The notes: generated from the sequence alone by a model not told the origin. Counted from the stretch's first letter, positions 50,591 to 63,349 are shown. The stretch is DNA of 64,000 nt from Octopus sinensis (GCF_006345805.1 NC_043002.1:90210001-90274000); one strand, 5' to 3'. Numbers and translations: made by a program.

Positions 50591-51443
50591 TTAAAACACT
50601 TTTGTTTTTGAGGTTAACTCAGATTGAAACTAAAATGACAACAAATTAAGTGTAAGAAGGTATCTTAAAAAAAGAATAAGGAAGTGAGAAAACGATGTGA
50701 CTGAAGCACGAGTGAGGTTCCTCACTCTAAATATTCAGCATTAAAGTGAATCAATGGGACTGAGTCAGAAGTAAGAAAGACTAAGAAAAGAAACAAGACT
50801 GAAATGTAACTCTACTAATGGAAGTTATAGAGAAAATAATAACTTTCTTATTATTACTGGCTATGTTTGTGAAACTATTAGTGATATTAATAATGGAATT
50901 TTGAATATCCTAGTCTAGACGTTTATAAGTACATCAGTATCTTCTGATGCTATGGTGTTCAAAATAATGTCCTATAAAATAAGTCTTAAGTACATCAGTG
51001 AAGTCCAATGTTTGATAGACATGTTTTATAGTGGGTCACTAATGTCTTATTTGTGTAAACAAATTATTGGTTCTTCGTTAAAATTTCCTAACTGTTATTG
51101 CTTGTTTCATATTTTCTTGCAAATTATAGGTAGTGAAATATCATTTAAAATCTTGTGAACTTGGCTATTATTAATAAACTAAGTTGTATATGTAAAAGCC
51201 ATGGAGAATGGCTTCTAAAATATTGATTCAGTTTTGTAATACTTTTCAAATATTTGGTGAATAGTTTGATTTTAGAATGCACAGATTTGTGCATACAGTT
51301 TTGTTTATATACAGTTTTAAATGGATAGTTTTTGTACACACAGATTTAAATTGTTTTAAATTCACAGTTTTGTATATGCAGTTTTCAGTACAGAGTTGAA
51401 TATACAATGCTGTATGTATACTCAGCTTTCTATATACTAAGTT

Positions 51444-54400
51444 CTATATACAGTTTTAACCACATAATGCTTTATATACAGTTTTAACCACATAATGCTT
51501 TATATACAGTTTTAACCACATAATGCTGTATATACAGTTTTAACCACATAATGCTGTATATATAGTTTTAACACATAATGTTGTATATACAGTTTTAACC
51601 ACATAATGCTGTATATACAGTTTTAACCACATAATGCTGTATATATAGTTTTAACACATAATGTTGTATATACAGTTTTAACCACATAATGCTGTATATA
51701 CAGTTTTAACCACATAATGCTGTATATACAGTTTTAACCACATAATGCTGTATATATAGTTTTAACCACATAATGCTTTATATACAGTTTTAACCACATA
51801 ATGCTGTATATACAGTTTTAACCACATAATGCTGTATATATAGTTTTAACACATAATGTTGTATATACAGTTTTAACCACATAATGCTGTATATACAGTT
51901 TTAACCACATAATGCTGTATATACAGTTTTAACCACATAATGCTGTATATATAGTTTTAAAACATAATGTTGTATATACAGTTTTAACCACATAATGCTG
52001 TATATACAGTTTTAACCGCATAATGTTGTATATACAGTTTTAACCACGTAATGCTGTATATACAGTTTTAACCACATAATGCTGTATATACAGTTTTAAC
52101 CACATAATGCTGTATATACAGTTTTAACCACATAATGCTGTATATACAGTTTTAACCACATAATGCTGTATATACAGTTTTAACACATAATGCTGTATAT
52201 ACAGTTTTAACCACATAATGTTGTATATACAGTTTTAACCACATAATGCTGTATATACAGTTTTAACCACATAATGCTGTATATACAGTTTTAACACATA
52301 ATGCTGTATATATAGTTTTAACACATAATGTTGTATATACAGTTTTAACCACATAATGCTGTATATACAGTTTTAACCACATAATGCTGTATATACAGTT
52401 TTTAACCAGTTTTAACCACATAATGCTGTATATACAGTTTTAACCACATAATGCTGTATATATAGTTTTAACACATAATGTTGTATATACAGTTTTAACC
52501 ACATAATGCTGTATATATAGTTTTAACACATAATGTTGTATATACAGTTTTAACCACATAATGCTTTATATACAGTTTTAACCGCATAATGTTGTATATA
52601 CAGTTTTAACCACGTAATGCTGTATATACAGTTTTAACCACATAATGCTGTATATACAGTTTTAACCACATAATGCTGTATATACAGTTTTAACCACATA
52701 ATGCTTTATATACAGTTTTAACCACATAATGCTGTATATACAGTTTTAACACATAATGCTGTATATACAGTTTTAACCACATAATGTTGTATATACAGTT
52801 TTAACCACATAATGCTGTATATACAGTTTTAACCACATAATGCTGTATATACAGTTTTAACACATAATGCTGTATATATAGTTTTAACACATAATGTTGT
52901 ATATACAGTTTTAACCACATAATGCTGTATATACAGTTTTAACCACATAATGCTGTATATACAGTTTTAACCACATAATGCTGTATATACAGTTTTAACC
53001 ACATAATGCTGTATATATAGTTTTAACACATAATGTTGTATATACAGTTTTAACCACATAATGCTGTATATATAGTTTTAACACATAATGTTGTATATAC
53101 AGTTTTAACCACATAATGCTTTATATATAGTTTTAACCACATAATGCTGTATATATAGTTTTAACACATAATGCTGTATATACAGTTTTGACCACATAAT
53201 GCTGTATATACAGTTTTAACACATAATGTTGTATATACAGTTTTAACCACATAATGCTTTATATATAGTTTTAACCACATAATGCTGTATATATAGTTTT
53301 AACCACATAATGCTGTATATACAGTTTTGACCACATAATGCTGTATATACAGTTTTAACCACATAATGCTTTATATACAGTTTTGACCACATAATGCTGT
53401 ATATATAGTTTTAACCACATAATGCTGTATATATAGTTTTAAAACATAATGCTGTATATACAGTTTTGACCACATAATGCTGTATATACAGTTTTAACCA
53501 CATAATGCTGTATATATAGTTTTAACCACATAATGCTGTATATATAGTTTTAAAACATAATGCTGTATATACAGTTTTGACCACATAATGCTGTATATAC
53601 AGTTTTAACCACATAATGCTGTATATACAGTTTTAACCACATAATGCTGTATATATAGTTTTAAAACATAATGTTGTATATACAGTTTTAACCACATAAT
53701 GCTTTATATACAGTTTTAACCGCATAATGCTGTATATACAGTTTTAACCACATAATGCTGTATATACAGTTTTAACCACATAATGCTGTATATACAGTTT
53801 TAACCACATAATGCTTTATATACAGTTTTAACCACATAATGCTGTATATACAGTTTTAACACATAATGCTGTATATACAGTTTTAACCACATAATGTTGT
53901 ATATACAGTTTTAACAAAACCACATAATGCTGTATATACAGTTTTAACCACATAATGCTGTATATACAGTTTTAACACATAATGCTGTATATAGTTTTAA
54001 CACATAATGTTGTATATACAGTTTTAACCACATATGCTGTATATACAGTTTTAACCACATAATGCTGTATATACAGTTTTAACCACATAATGCTTTATAT
54101 ACAGTTTTAACCACATAATGCTGTATATATAGTTTTAACACATAATGCTGTATATACAGTTTTAACCACATAATGTTGTATATACAGTTTTAACCACATA
54201 ATGCTGTATATACAGTTTTAACCACATAATGCTGTATATACAGTTTTAACCACATAATGCTGTATATACAGTTTTAACCACATAATGCTGTATATATAGT
54301 TTTAACACATAATGTTGTATATACAGTTTTAACCACATAATGCTGTATATATAGTTTTAACACATAATGTTGTATATACAGTTTTAACCACATAATGCTT

Positions 54401-54890
54401 TATATATAGTTTTAACCACATAATGCTGTATATATAGTTTTAACCACATAATGCTGTATATACAGTTTTGACCACATAATGCTGTATATACAGTTTTAAC
54501 CACATAATGCTTTATATACAGTTTTGACCACATAATGCTGTATATATAGTTTTAACCACATAATGCTGTATATATAGTTTTAAAACATAATGCTGTATAT
54601 ACAGTTTTGACCACATAATGCTGTATATATAGTTTTAACACATAATGTTGTATATACAGTTTTAACCACATAATGCTGTATATATAGTTTTAACACATGA
54701 TGTTGTATATACAGTTTTAACCACATAATGCTGTATATATAGTTTTAACCACATAATGCTGTATATATAGTTTTAACACATAATGTTGTATATACAGTTT
54801 TAACCACATAATGCTTTATATACAGTTTTGACCACATAATGCTGTATATATAGTTTTAACCACATAATGCTTTATATACATAATGCTGTA
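51444..54890. repeat. Minisatellite, 27-28 bp unit (ccacataatgctgtatatacagttttaa), roughly 120-125 copies
   Basis: Direct reading; copy number estimated from length divided by unit size. Confidence 0.97.
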
Positions 54891-55559
54891 ATAGGCATAG
54901 GCGTGGCAGTGTGCTAAGAAACTTGGGACTGAACAGAGTTCAGTCCCACTGCATGGCACCTTGGGTAAGTGGCTTCTACTGTAGCCTTAAGCCAATCAAA
55001 GCCTTGTGAATGGATTTGGTTGATGGAAACTGAAAGAAGCCCATTGTATATTTGTATATATTTGTATATATCTGTGTATGTCTTTGTGTTTGTGTTTGTC
55101 CCACCACTTGACAACTGGTGCTGCTGTGTTTACATCCCCGTAACTTAGCAGTTCAGCAAAAGCGACTGATAGAATAGTACTAGGCTCTCCAGCATGGTCT
55201 CAGTCAAATGATTGAAACAAGGAAATATGTGTGTGTGTGTCGTTGTGTCTGTGTTTGTCCCACTGCCACCACCATCACTTGGCAACCAGTGTTGGTGTGT
55301 AAAAAGTAAGTAGCAGGCTTTTAAAATAGAAAAAAAGAAAAATACTGGTGTCAACTCATCCGACTAAATGTTCATCAGGGAGGTGCTCCAGCATGGCTAC
55401 AGTCTAATGATTGAAACAAGTAAAAGATAAAAGATAAACAACAGCTAAACAACAGTTAAGAGGTGAACTTGTCAGTCAAAGGATTTGATCTGAAAACTTC
55501 TGTTGAATCTGAAACAATTGCAGTGTAGACGACATTATTCACCATTCAGAAACTTTTGT

Positions 55560-55918
55560 CACACATCTGTGACCTCTTCAGTAACCCTTTCCATCCATGT
55601 GTCTCCTCCTGCTCTGCCTAGTCTATTCTCTGATTTACTATAGTTCCATTTACTGATTTGCTGTGATGGCTGCAGCATGGAAGATACATTTTAGCCATTC
55701 AAAAGCACACAAAATCTGTTAACTTCACACCAAATAATAAATGTTAAAGTGAAGTTAACAGGTTTTGTGTGCTTTTGAATGGCTAAAATGTATCTTTTTA
55801 TGCCGCAGTCATTATAGCAAATCAGTAGATGGAATTATAGTAAATCTTAGAATGGACTAGGTGGAGCAGGAGGACACACATGGATGGAAAGGGCCACTGA
55901 AGAGGTCACAGATGTGTG
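55560..55918. mobile_element. Long fold-back (MITE-like) element, ~170 bp arms and 20 nt loop
   Basis: Arms 55560-55728 and 55749-55918 are reverse-complementary. A right-arm fragment recurs at ~10330-10450. Confidence 0.85.
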
Positions 55919-56537
55919 ATGAAAGATTTCCAGATAATGGACATAAAAGATAAAATAAGAACAATAGTAAATGAATAAAGAACAAATATATTGTATGTGT
56001 GTTTATTTTACAAAAAAGAAAATAATAATAATAAATGCCTATCCCAAAATATAAGAATAAGTCAATGGAATTGTTTCCATAGTAATAATGAAGTTATTGC
56101 GTACAGAGTTCAGGTGTACTACAGCTCATCAGAAAAAGTAGCCAAAAGTGCATGAACAGTGCATTGAATAATGGATAGGAAGCGAGTCGTTTAAGAAAAA
56201 AAATGGAATGGGGGTAGAGGCATCTGGTTAGCAAATTTCAGGAAGCATGGAAGTTCTGAAAGATGTAGTGTCCTGACTACAGCTAACAAGTAATATGGGT
56301 AGTTTATTCCATTCTTCAGCAATTACAAGTGTGTAAAGGAAAAAAGAAAAAAGATACTAATATTTTGAAGTTTTCTGCAGAAACATTCAAATATCCGAAT
56401 TTCAGAGAGAATATTATTTTAAAAGGAAATTACTTACAGAAAATTGATACTTTGTTTTTGTTTTTTTTTTTATTTTGCAAGGAAATAATTGTTTTATAAT
56501 TGTTTTAAATAGCATATATCTCTCTACAAATTTACAA

Positions 56538-56770
56538 AGGCGGCGAGCTGGTAGAAATGTTAGCACGCCGGGCGAAATTCGTAGCCGTATTTCGTCTGTC
56601 GTTATGTTCCGAGTTCAAATTCCACCGAGGTCGACTTTGCCTTTCATCCTTTCGGGGTCGATAAATTAAGTACCAGTTACGCACTGGGGTCGATGTATTC
56701 GACTTAATCCCTTTGCCTGCCCTTGTTTGCCCCTCTGTGTTTAGCCCCTTGTGGGTAGTAAAGAAATATA
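56538..56770 (+). mobile_element. SINE family B, young
   Basis: ggcggcgagctggtagaaatgttagcacgccgggcg...gagttcaaattcc, tail gggtagtaaagaaata. Confidence 0.9.
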
Positions 56771-56863
56771 TATCTCTTTACAAATTTAGAATTATTAATA
56801 TCTTTGTTTGTTGGATTGCAGGCTTTTAAAAATCAGAGTTAGTAGGGTTAAGGTGAATCACAA

Positions 56864-56939
56864 TTAAATGCTTTCAGCTTCTTTCAGCCAGTTGCTGCCT
56901 TGCTTAGCTTTAAAGTATTGCTTTAGTGGGATAAGTCGG
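56864..56939 (-). CDS. Candidate exon ending in a stop (RLIPLKQYFKAKQGSNWLKEAESI*)
   Basis: Acceptor catattttatag; only phase 2 is open; no good GT donor before TAA. Confidence 0.35.
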
Positions 56940-57475
56940 CTATAAAATATGAAAATTGCATGTGCTTTTCACAGCTGTACTATTTTAAAACTTCCTCAGT
57001 AACTGAATTGTGACTTATTTAGACAATCAGTAGTGTTTGTACTCTGCACCATTTAAAGCATATTCTTTATTTACTGTTGACATGGTTAGGAGAAATCAGA
57101 ATATATATTACCTTCCTCACTTTGTCTTTCCTCCTCCTCCTCTCTCTCATCATCATCCCCTCTCTCCACCCTAGAATCCTTATACATTTCGTTTGTTTCA
57201 CTCTTAAACATAAATATGTCCAGTTGCAAACCCAGATTTACAGATTGCTATATTTAAATTGGTTGACTGGTACTGAACTGCCTGTGTGCCATCTGAAATG
57301 AAATCTTGGGCCAGTAACTCTAAATTTCTTACTTTCCTTTGGATTTTGTCCATAATAGTTTTTAAAAAAAAATCTATTACTGAGGTTGACACAGCAGATG
57401 AGAATGAAAGAAGACTTTTATACTCCAGTTTCTTCTCATCTCTGTAAATTTATATAAAAGGTTATGTTCCAATAC

Positions 57476-57637
57476 CAGTCTAACTGCAATAAATAAAATA
57501 TTTTGAAGACACTGCTCAAGATGAAATTTGAGGCCAGTTAATGTTGAGCATTTTAACTGGTTAGTCAGAGAAGGGATAGCAGTGGTCATGGTGGCTTTTA
57601 GGGCCTCGAAGACAAGCATGAAAAAGTCAACTTCAAA
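57476..57637 (-). CDS. Candidate exon (FEVDFFMLVFEALKATMTTAIPSLTNQLKCSTLTGLKFHLEQCLQNILFIAVRL)
   Basis: Acceptor ccaagttttcag, phase 0, inside ORF 57377..57709. Donor CTG|gtattg; 3' end uncertain. Confidence 0.5.
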
Positions 57638-57710
57638 CTGAAAACTTGGCCTGAATCCTTGGCCTGTTGAATCCTGCCTGCTGAATCTATGTGTCTGTCT
57701 GCGACACATA

Positions 57711-57940
57711 GGCGGCGAGCTGGCAGAAACGTTAGCACGCCGGGCGAAATGCGTAGCCGTATTTCGTCTGTCGTTACATTGTCAGTTCAAATTCCGCTGA
57801 GGTCGACTTTGCCTTTCATCCTTTCGGGGTCGATAAATTAAGTACCAGTTACGCACTGGGGTCGATGTAATCAACTTAATCCCTTTGTCTGTCCTTGTTT
57901 GTCCCCTCTATGTTCAGCCCCTTGTGGGTAGTAAAGAAAT
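57711..57940 (+). mobile_element. SINE family B, young
   Basis: Near-identical to 56538-56770. Confidence 0.9.
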
Positions 57941-58120
57941 GTATGTGTCTGTCTGTACAGGGTGATTGAAAAGTAACTCTGTATTTTAAAATACTTATGA
58001 ATTATCTATTAATTGTAATTTTTACAGAAAAATGGATATGAGAGGAAAGCTTTTAGTATTAATTTTATTGTGTCTGGGGAGAGTCATTCTCTTAGTACCT
58101 TATTAATTTAATACACTCAC

Positions 58121-58139
58121 TGGCTCAGTTTCCACTAAT
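58121..58139 (-). CDS. Candidate micro-exon (LVETEP)
   Basis: 19 nt; only phase 2-0 is open. Acceptor tttacatatttatcag, donor CCA|gtgagt. Confidence 0.5.
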
Positions 58140-58420
58140 CTGATAAATATGTAAATAAGTAAACGAGTGGAAATACCTAAATTTCAACACATCCTGCAAA
58201 TGTATATGTGTGTGTGTGTGCATGCGTGTGTGCGTGTAAAGATAGTGTACCTGTACAGATAGTCCACACATATAGATGGTATGCGTAAATGGTGTACATA
58301 TATGTACATGGTGCACAGTGTTGCACACCAAGTCCCAGAAACAGTTGTAAAGGTTTACCTGTCTTCACTACTCTTTTATTTATGAGGTTCGAGTAATAGA
58401 CTCACCAGATATTTACCTAC

Positions 58421-58437
58421 CTCTCCAGTTTGAACCA
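58421..58437 (-). CDS. Weak candidate micro-exon (WFKLE(R))
   Basis: 17 nt, phase 0-2, donor GAG|gtaggt, acceptor ccatcatag. Bridges exons 59910 and 58121; alternatives exist near 59085-59190. Confidence 0.3.
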
Positions 58438-58509
58438 CTATGATGGACTGTTCAGATTCTTCTCACTAGTATCTGTGGTATTAGTGCATGAATTTCCAGG
58501 ATATCTACC

Positions 58510-58925
58510 TCTTTCTCTTTTACTTGTTTCAGTCATTTGACTGTGGCCATGCTGGAGCATCACCTTTAGTCAAGCAAATCGACCCTGGGACTTATTCTTT
58601 GTAAGCCCAGTACTTATTCTATCGGTCTCTTTTGCCGAACCGCTAAGTGACGGAGATGTAAACACACCAGCATCAGTTGTCAAGCAATGCTAGGGGGACA
58701 AACACACAAACACACACACACATACATATATATATATACATATATACGACAGGCTTCTTTCAGTTTCCGTCTACCAAATCCACTCACAAGGCATTGGTCG
58801 GCCCGGGGCTATAGCAGAAGACACTTGCCCAAGATGCCACGCAGTGGGACTGAACCCGGAACCATGTGGTTGGTTAGCAAGCTACTTACCACACAGCCAC
58901 TCCTGTGCCACACAGCCACTCCTGC
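58510..58925 (-). mobile_element. SINE family A, full length, young, with duplicated head
   Basis: Reverse complement nearly identical to 28338-28740; cacacagccactcctg occurs twice at the head. Confidence 0.92.
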
Positions 58926-59253
58926 ACTCCACACCTGTCTATGAAGAATTACTATGAAGTCTCAGTTTCCTTATTTTTCATGTTTTCTGTTTATTTCATA
59001 TATTTTTATGCTTCTGTATAATCATTTTATAAATGATCCAATGGTATTAACACCTGTCTTTATTTTTTTTTGCACTTTAATTACCTTGACTTGTACATTG
59101 CTTGGAGCCAACTCTTATTTGCCTGGACTCCGTCCTTATTTATTCAGTGTTGGATTTTAGGTACCTGGTCAAGTCTGTGCACTAATTGTTCTGTATCTAT
59201 TATATGCCATTTTTTGACACATCTTTATCCACTATATATATGGTGTGTGTGTG

Positions 59254-59260
59254 TATCTAC

Positions 59261-59324
<64 letters not shown>

Positions 59325-59525
59325 ATTCCTTTTGTTCCTTTTCCTTTTCTTTTTTTTATTCTTTTTTTTTGTTCTTTTCTTCCCTTTTACGATCCCTCTT
59401 GATCGAAAACCTACGCCACCCCTTTTCTTTTCTTTTGTTTTTTGTTCTCTTCATCCCCCAAAAGAAAAGCTCTACCTTGTAACTTGTCCCATCTGTGTGC
59501 AGCCCTGTGTGGCCAATAAAGAAAC

Positions 59526-59560
<35 letters not shown>

Positions 59561-59589
59561 CCTATCTATCTATCTATCTATCTATCTAC

Positions 59590-59651
<62 letters not shown>

Positions 59652-59686
59652 GTGTATCTATCTATCTGTGTTTCTATCTATCTATC

Positions 59687-59725
<39 letters not shown>

Positions 59726-59758
59726 GTGTATCTATCTATCTATCTATCTATCTATCTG

Positions 59759-59797
<39 letters not shown>

Positions 59798-59822
59798 GTC
59801 TGTCTGTCTGTCTGTCTGTCTA
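59254..59822. repeat. Two (TATC)n tetranucleotide arrays, ending in (TGTC)n
   Basis: Direct reading; explains the YLSI-repeat ORFs. Confidence 0.95.
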
Positions 59823-59909
59823 TTTGTTTAGTGTATTTTGAGTAAAAAACTTTGTAACACTTGTTTAAGATTTCCTATGCTTTCGTTTGGCTACCACATG
59901 TTATTGTAC

Positions 59910-59962
59910 CTCAAGGTATCTCTGGTTATGGCAGTACATGTAGAACTTCTCTCTGTTCAGGC
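59910..59962 (-). CDS. Candidate exon (LNREKFYMYCHNQRYLE)
   Basis: 53 nt; only phase 1-0 is open. Acceptor cattattatag, donor GAG|gtacaa. Confidence 0.55.
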
Positions 59963-60045
59963 CTATAATAATGTAACACAAGGATAGAAGTCAACAAGCT
60001 TTAATGATAGATCACAACACACATTTCTGCACACCACATCAAGTT

Positions 60046-60086
<41 letters not shown>

Positions 60087-60297
60087 TTGCATGTATGTAT
60101 GTGACCACGTTTTTAACGTTGGCAATTTTCTTCCTCTGTCTTCCCTTCCTTGGACCTTTCCTTTTCCTATGTTTCTGACAAAGAGCTCCACTCGAAACGT
60201 TAAACCCTTCTTTCCCTTCTTTCCTGAGCATCTAATAACACTATACTTGTTCCACGTCCTCGTGTTGTGTTTTCTCTTTGTGTTTTCATGTTTTGTT

Positions 60298-60334
<37 letters not shown>

Positions 60335-60819
60335 AATTAAATATACAACCAAAAGAGCTGCTGATACTTTCGGGCCATTATGACACTTGAGTAGGCATAT
60401 TTATAAAATACACCATGAATCTTAAAGCAGTCTTTCAAGCTCTGTTTATGAATTATATATAATACCTACATTATGTACCGATGGTGTACATAAGGTATAC
60501 ACAGACACACAGATACACACACATACACAACATACACACACCATACACACACTCACACACATGCAACACACACGCACACCTCATGTTCACACATAATGTT
60601 TTACCATTCTGTGCAATGCACTACCATTCTTTCCAGCTCTGCTATCCACCACACTCAAGTTCTTTGAAATATTGAGTGAACCAGCCAGAAACCCACACTT
60701 TGCTTCCTTCAAATCAATTGCCTTTCTGCTTCTATTCTATAGCAAGCATAGTGAGACCCACTGCGGCTCTTGGGAAAGAAATCCCAACACATATACATGA
60801 ACACCATCTATAGACAGTA

Positions 60820-60857
<38 letters not shown>

Positions 60858-61179
60858 GGTATACATTTGTAGATGGTATCCTATACCTATATGAAACAAC
60901 AACTCTTCTATGTTTGAGAAGAGAAATAACTGAGAAAATTTACTTTTGACAACTATGTAAGCATTGATTAATTGATGTGATTGAATTTTTAATGAAACCT
61001 GGGATACTTATTGATCTTGGTTGTTCTGTGCTGGGATTTCTCTCTCAAGGTCCACAGTGAATCTCACTAAACTAATTGTAGAAAAAAAGCAGAGAAGCAG
61101 TTGGCTAGAAGGACACAAGGAATGAATTTGCGATGGTTCACTCAATATTTCAAAGAACTTGAGTGCAGTGGATAGCAGA

Positions 61180-61630
61180 ATTGGAGAAAATGGTAGAGCA
61201 TAATATAGAATGATAGAATAATGGGCAGGATGTTAACCCATTGGATAGAATAGTTGAACACTATGTAGAATGGTATGGTAGAGTGACAGAGTATTGACTA
61301 AAATGTGAACGTTATGCAGAATGATAGAGAATCATACAGAATTGGTTTAAATATTAGGAAATTGGTCAAAATGGTAGAACATTGGGTAGAATAGCAGAAC
61401 ATGGATAAAATGATAGAATATTGGATAAAATGGTAGAACATTTAGAAAGGTAGAGCATTAGCAAAAATAATAAAAGAATGGACAGAATGATAGAACAATG
61501 GATAAAATAGTAGAGTGTTGGGTAAAATGGTGGAATATTGGTCAGGATGACAGAACATTAGGTAGAATGGTGAAACGTTGGCTAAAATGGTAGAACACTA
61601 AGAAGAATGGCAGAGTATTGGGTAGAATGT
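61180..61630. repeat. Degenerate ~19 bp purine-rich tandem repeat (ggtagaatggtagaacatt)
   Basis: Recurrent gtagaa/atgg/cattgg motifs. Confidence 0.7.
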
Positions 61631-63349
61631 CTTTTGTGTTTATTTACACCCAGCTTTTATAAGTTCAAACCTTGTAAATTTTGACTTTGTCTTTCAATGA
61701 TTGATAAAAGTATCAGTCATCTTCTAGGGTCGATTAAATTGACTACATGCCATTCTGCTCCTCAAAACATTTTGTATCTTTGTGTCTGTATCAGAAATCA
61801 TTAATTTCAAGTTCTCCCCTTCCTTCTTCACATCATTGTCCTGGTGGTTCTAGTGCTGCCTATATCACAAAATTAAAATCCCACTTCGTCAAATTACCCC
61901 TTCTCTCGCTTTGTTCTCATTTACAGCCATTATCACTGTTTTACTATCACTGTTTCCACATTCTCCCAGTCCTTCTTTTTTGACCTTCCAGTTCCTATAA
62001 TTAACCCCTGTTTCATCTCCCTCCATCCGAGATGCTCCCTCATTCCTCCCTCTCCTACCCACTCCTCACCCACCCACCACATTGCACTCCCTAATTAGAA
62101 ACACTTCACTTTGATTATAATATCATTATGATTATAAATGTGCTTTAATGCATTTTATTGATTATCACCCCTTCCTTCCTCTTGTAGTGAGGTAACTGTT
62201 GCTGCTCTTGTCCTCCTCCTCCTCCCTCTCCTCCTTCTTGTAGTGTGGCAATTGTTGTCCACTCCTCCCTCTGTCTCTAACCCAATCATCTGCCATTTTA
62301 CACTTATCTCATAACTACAGCTCTAACCCTGACCCTAACCCCAGCTGCAGCTCTTACGTCAGTCCTTCCCTCCCTCCTCTCCGACTCATCTCCATTCTCT
62401 TCATTTATTTTCCTTTTATTTTTTTTCATCCTCATCCCTTTTTACTCCCCCCTCTCCTACCCATTCAGCTCTCTATCTTTTTCCAATTTTTCTAATTTCT
62501 CTGCTACAAACAATCCTCGTTTTCCACACACTTTTTTTTTTTTTATCATTGTAAATATTTTCATATTATTTTGTTTAACCCAACACCATCACTCTGGCTT
62601 CCTCCTCCTCTATAGATTTAACTGTTAAACTGTCACTACTTGCTGTTGTTGTTATTGTTGTTGGTCATTTTAACGTTCATTATTTTTTCTCATCATATTT
62701 CATAAATGATATCAATCTCACGTTTATTTTATTCTTTTACACTGCCTCTGTTTGTGTGTGTGTGTGTGTATGTGTATGTGTGTGTGTATGTGTGTGTGTG
62801 TGTGTGTATGCATGTTAATGTGTGTTTATTATTTTATATCGTTAGTTTTTTTTTTTTCATTTGCATGAATATTTTTAATTTTTGATTTAAATTATTTTTT
62901 TTGTGTTTGCATGTATGTTTTTAATTTTTGATTTTAAATTATATTTCATTTTACCATAATGTAAACATCTAAATGAAGGGGAGGGGAAATGAAAGAAGTC
63001 CTCTCACTTGGTTCGTTCTACATTTTTTAACTAATTAGAAAATGCAACAAACAATATGATGAACAACATGTTAAAAGAACCATTATTTGTGATAATGTTT
63101 GTGTGCTTTGTGGTATTTTATTAACACCCGCTTTATGGGTATTGATAAAATACAGTACCAGTTAAAGCACTAGGTCTGATATATATATAGGTAACACACT
63201 TAGTCACGTTAACAAAGGGATGTGGGTTCGTGTCCCATGTGGATAGGAACGCATTCTTTTTTCTGTCAAGAGCTTATATGCCCCGTTATTAGACTATTTT
63301 CCTAAGTCATTGCACAGTGATTGCCATAAGCTTTAAGCTTATATAAAAA

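Noticed and set aside
51444-54890. CRISPR-like regular repeats
   Set aside because: Head-to-tail units with no unique spacers, in a eukaryotic intron; a minisatellite.
59186-59845. ORFs of 98-198 aa with YLSI repeats
   Set aside because: Translation of (TATC)n.
62320-62345. Telomere-like taaccctgaccctaaccc
   Set aside because: Only 2-3 imperfect units in pyrimidine-rich low-complexity DNA.
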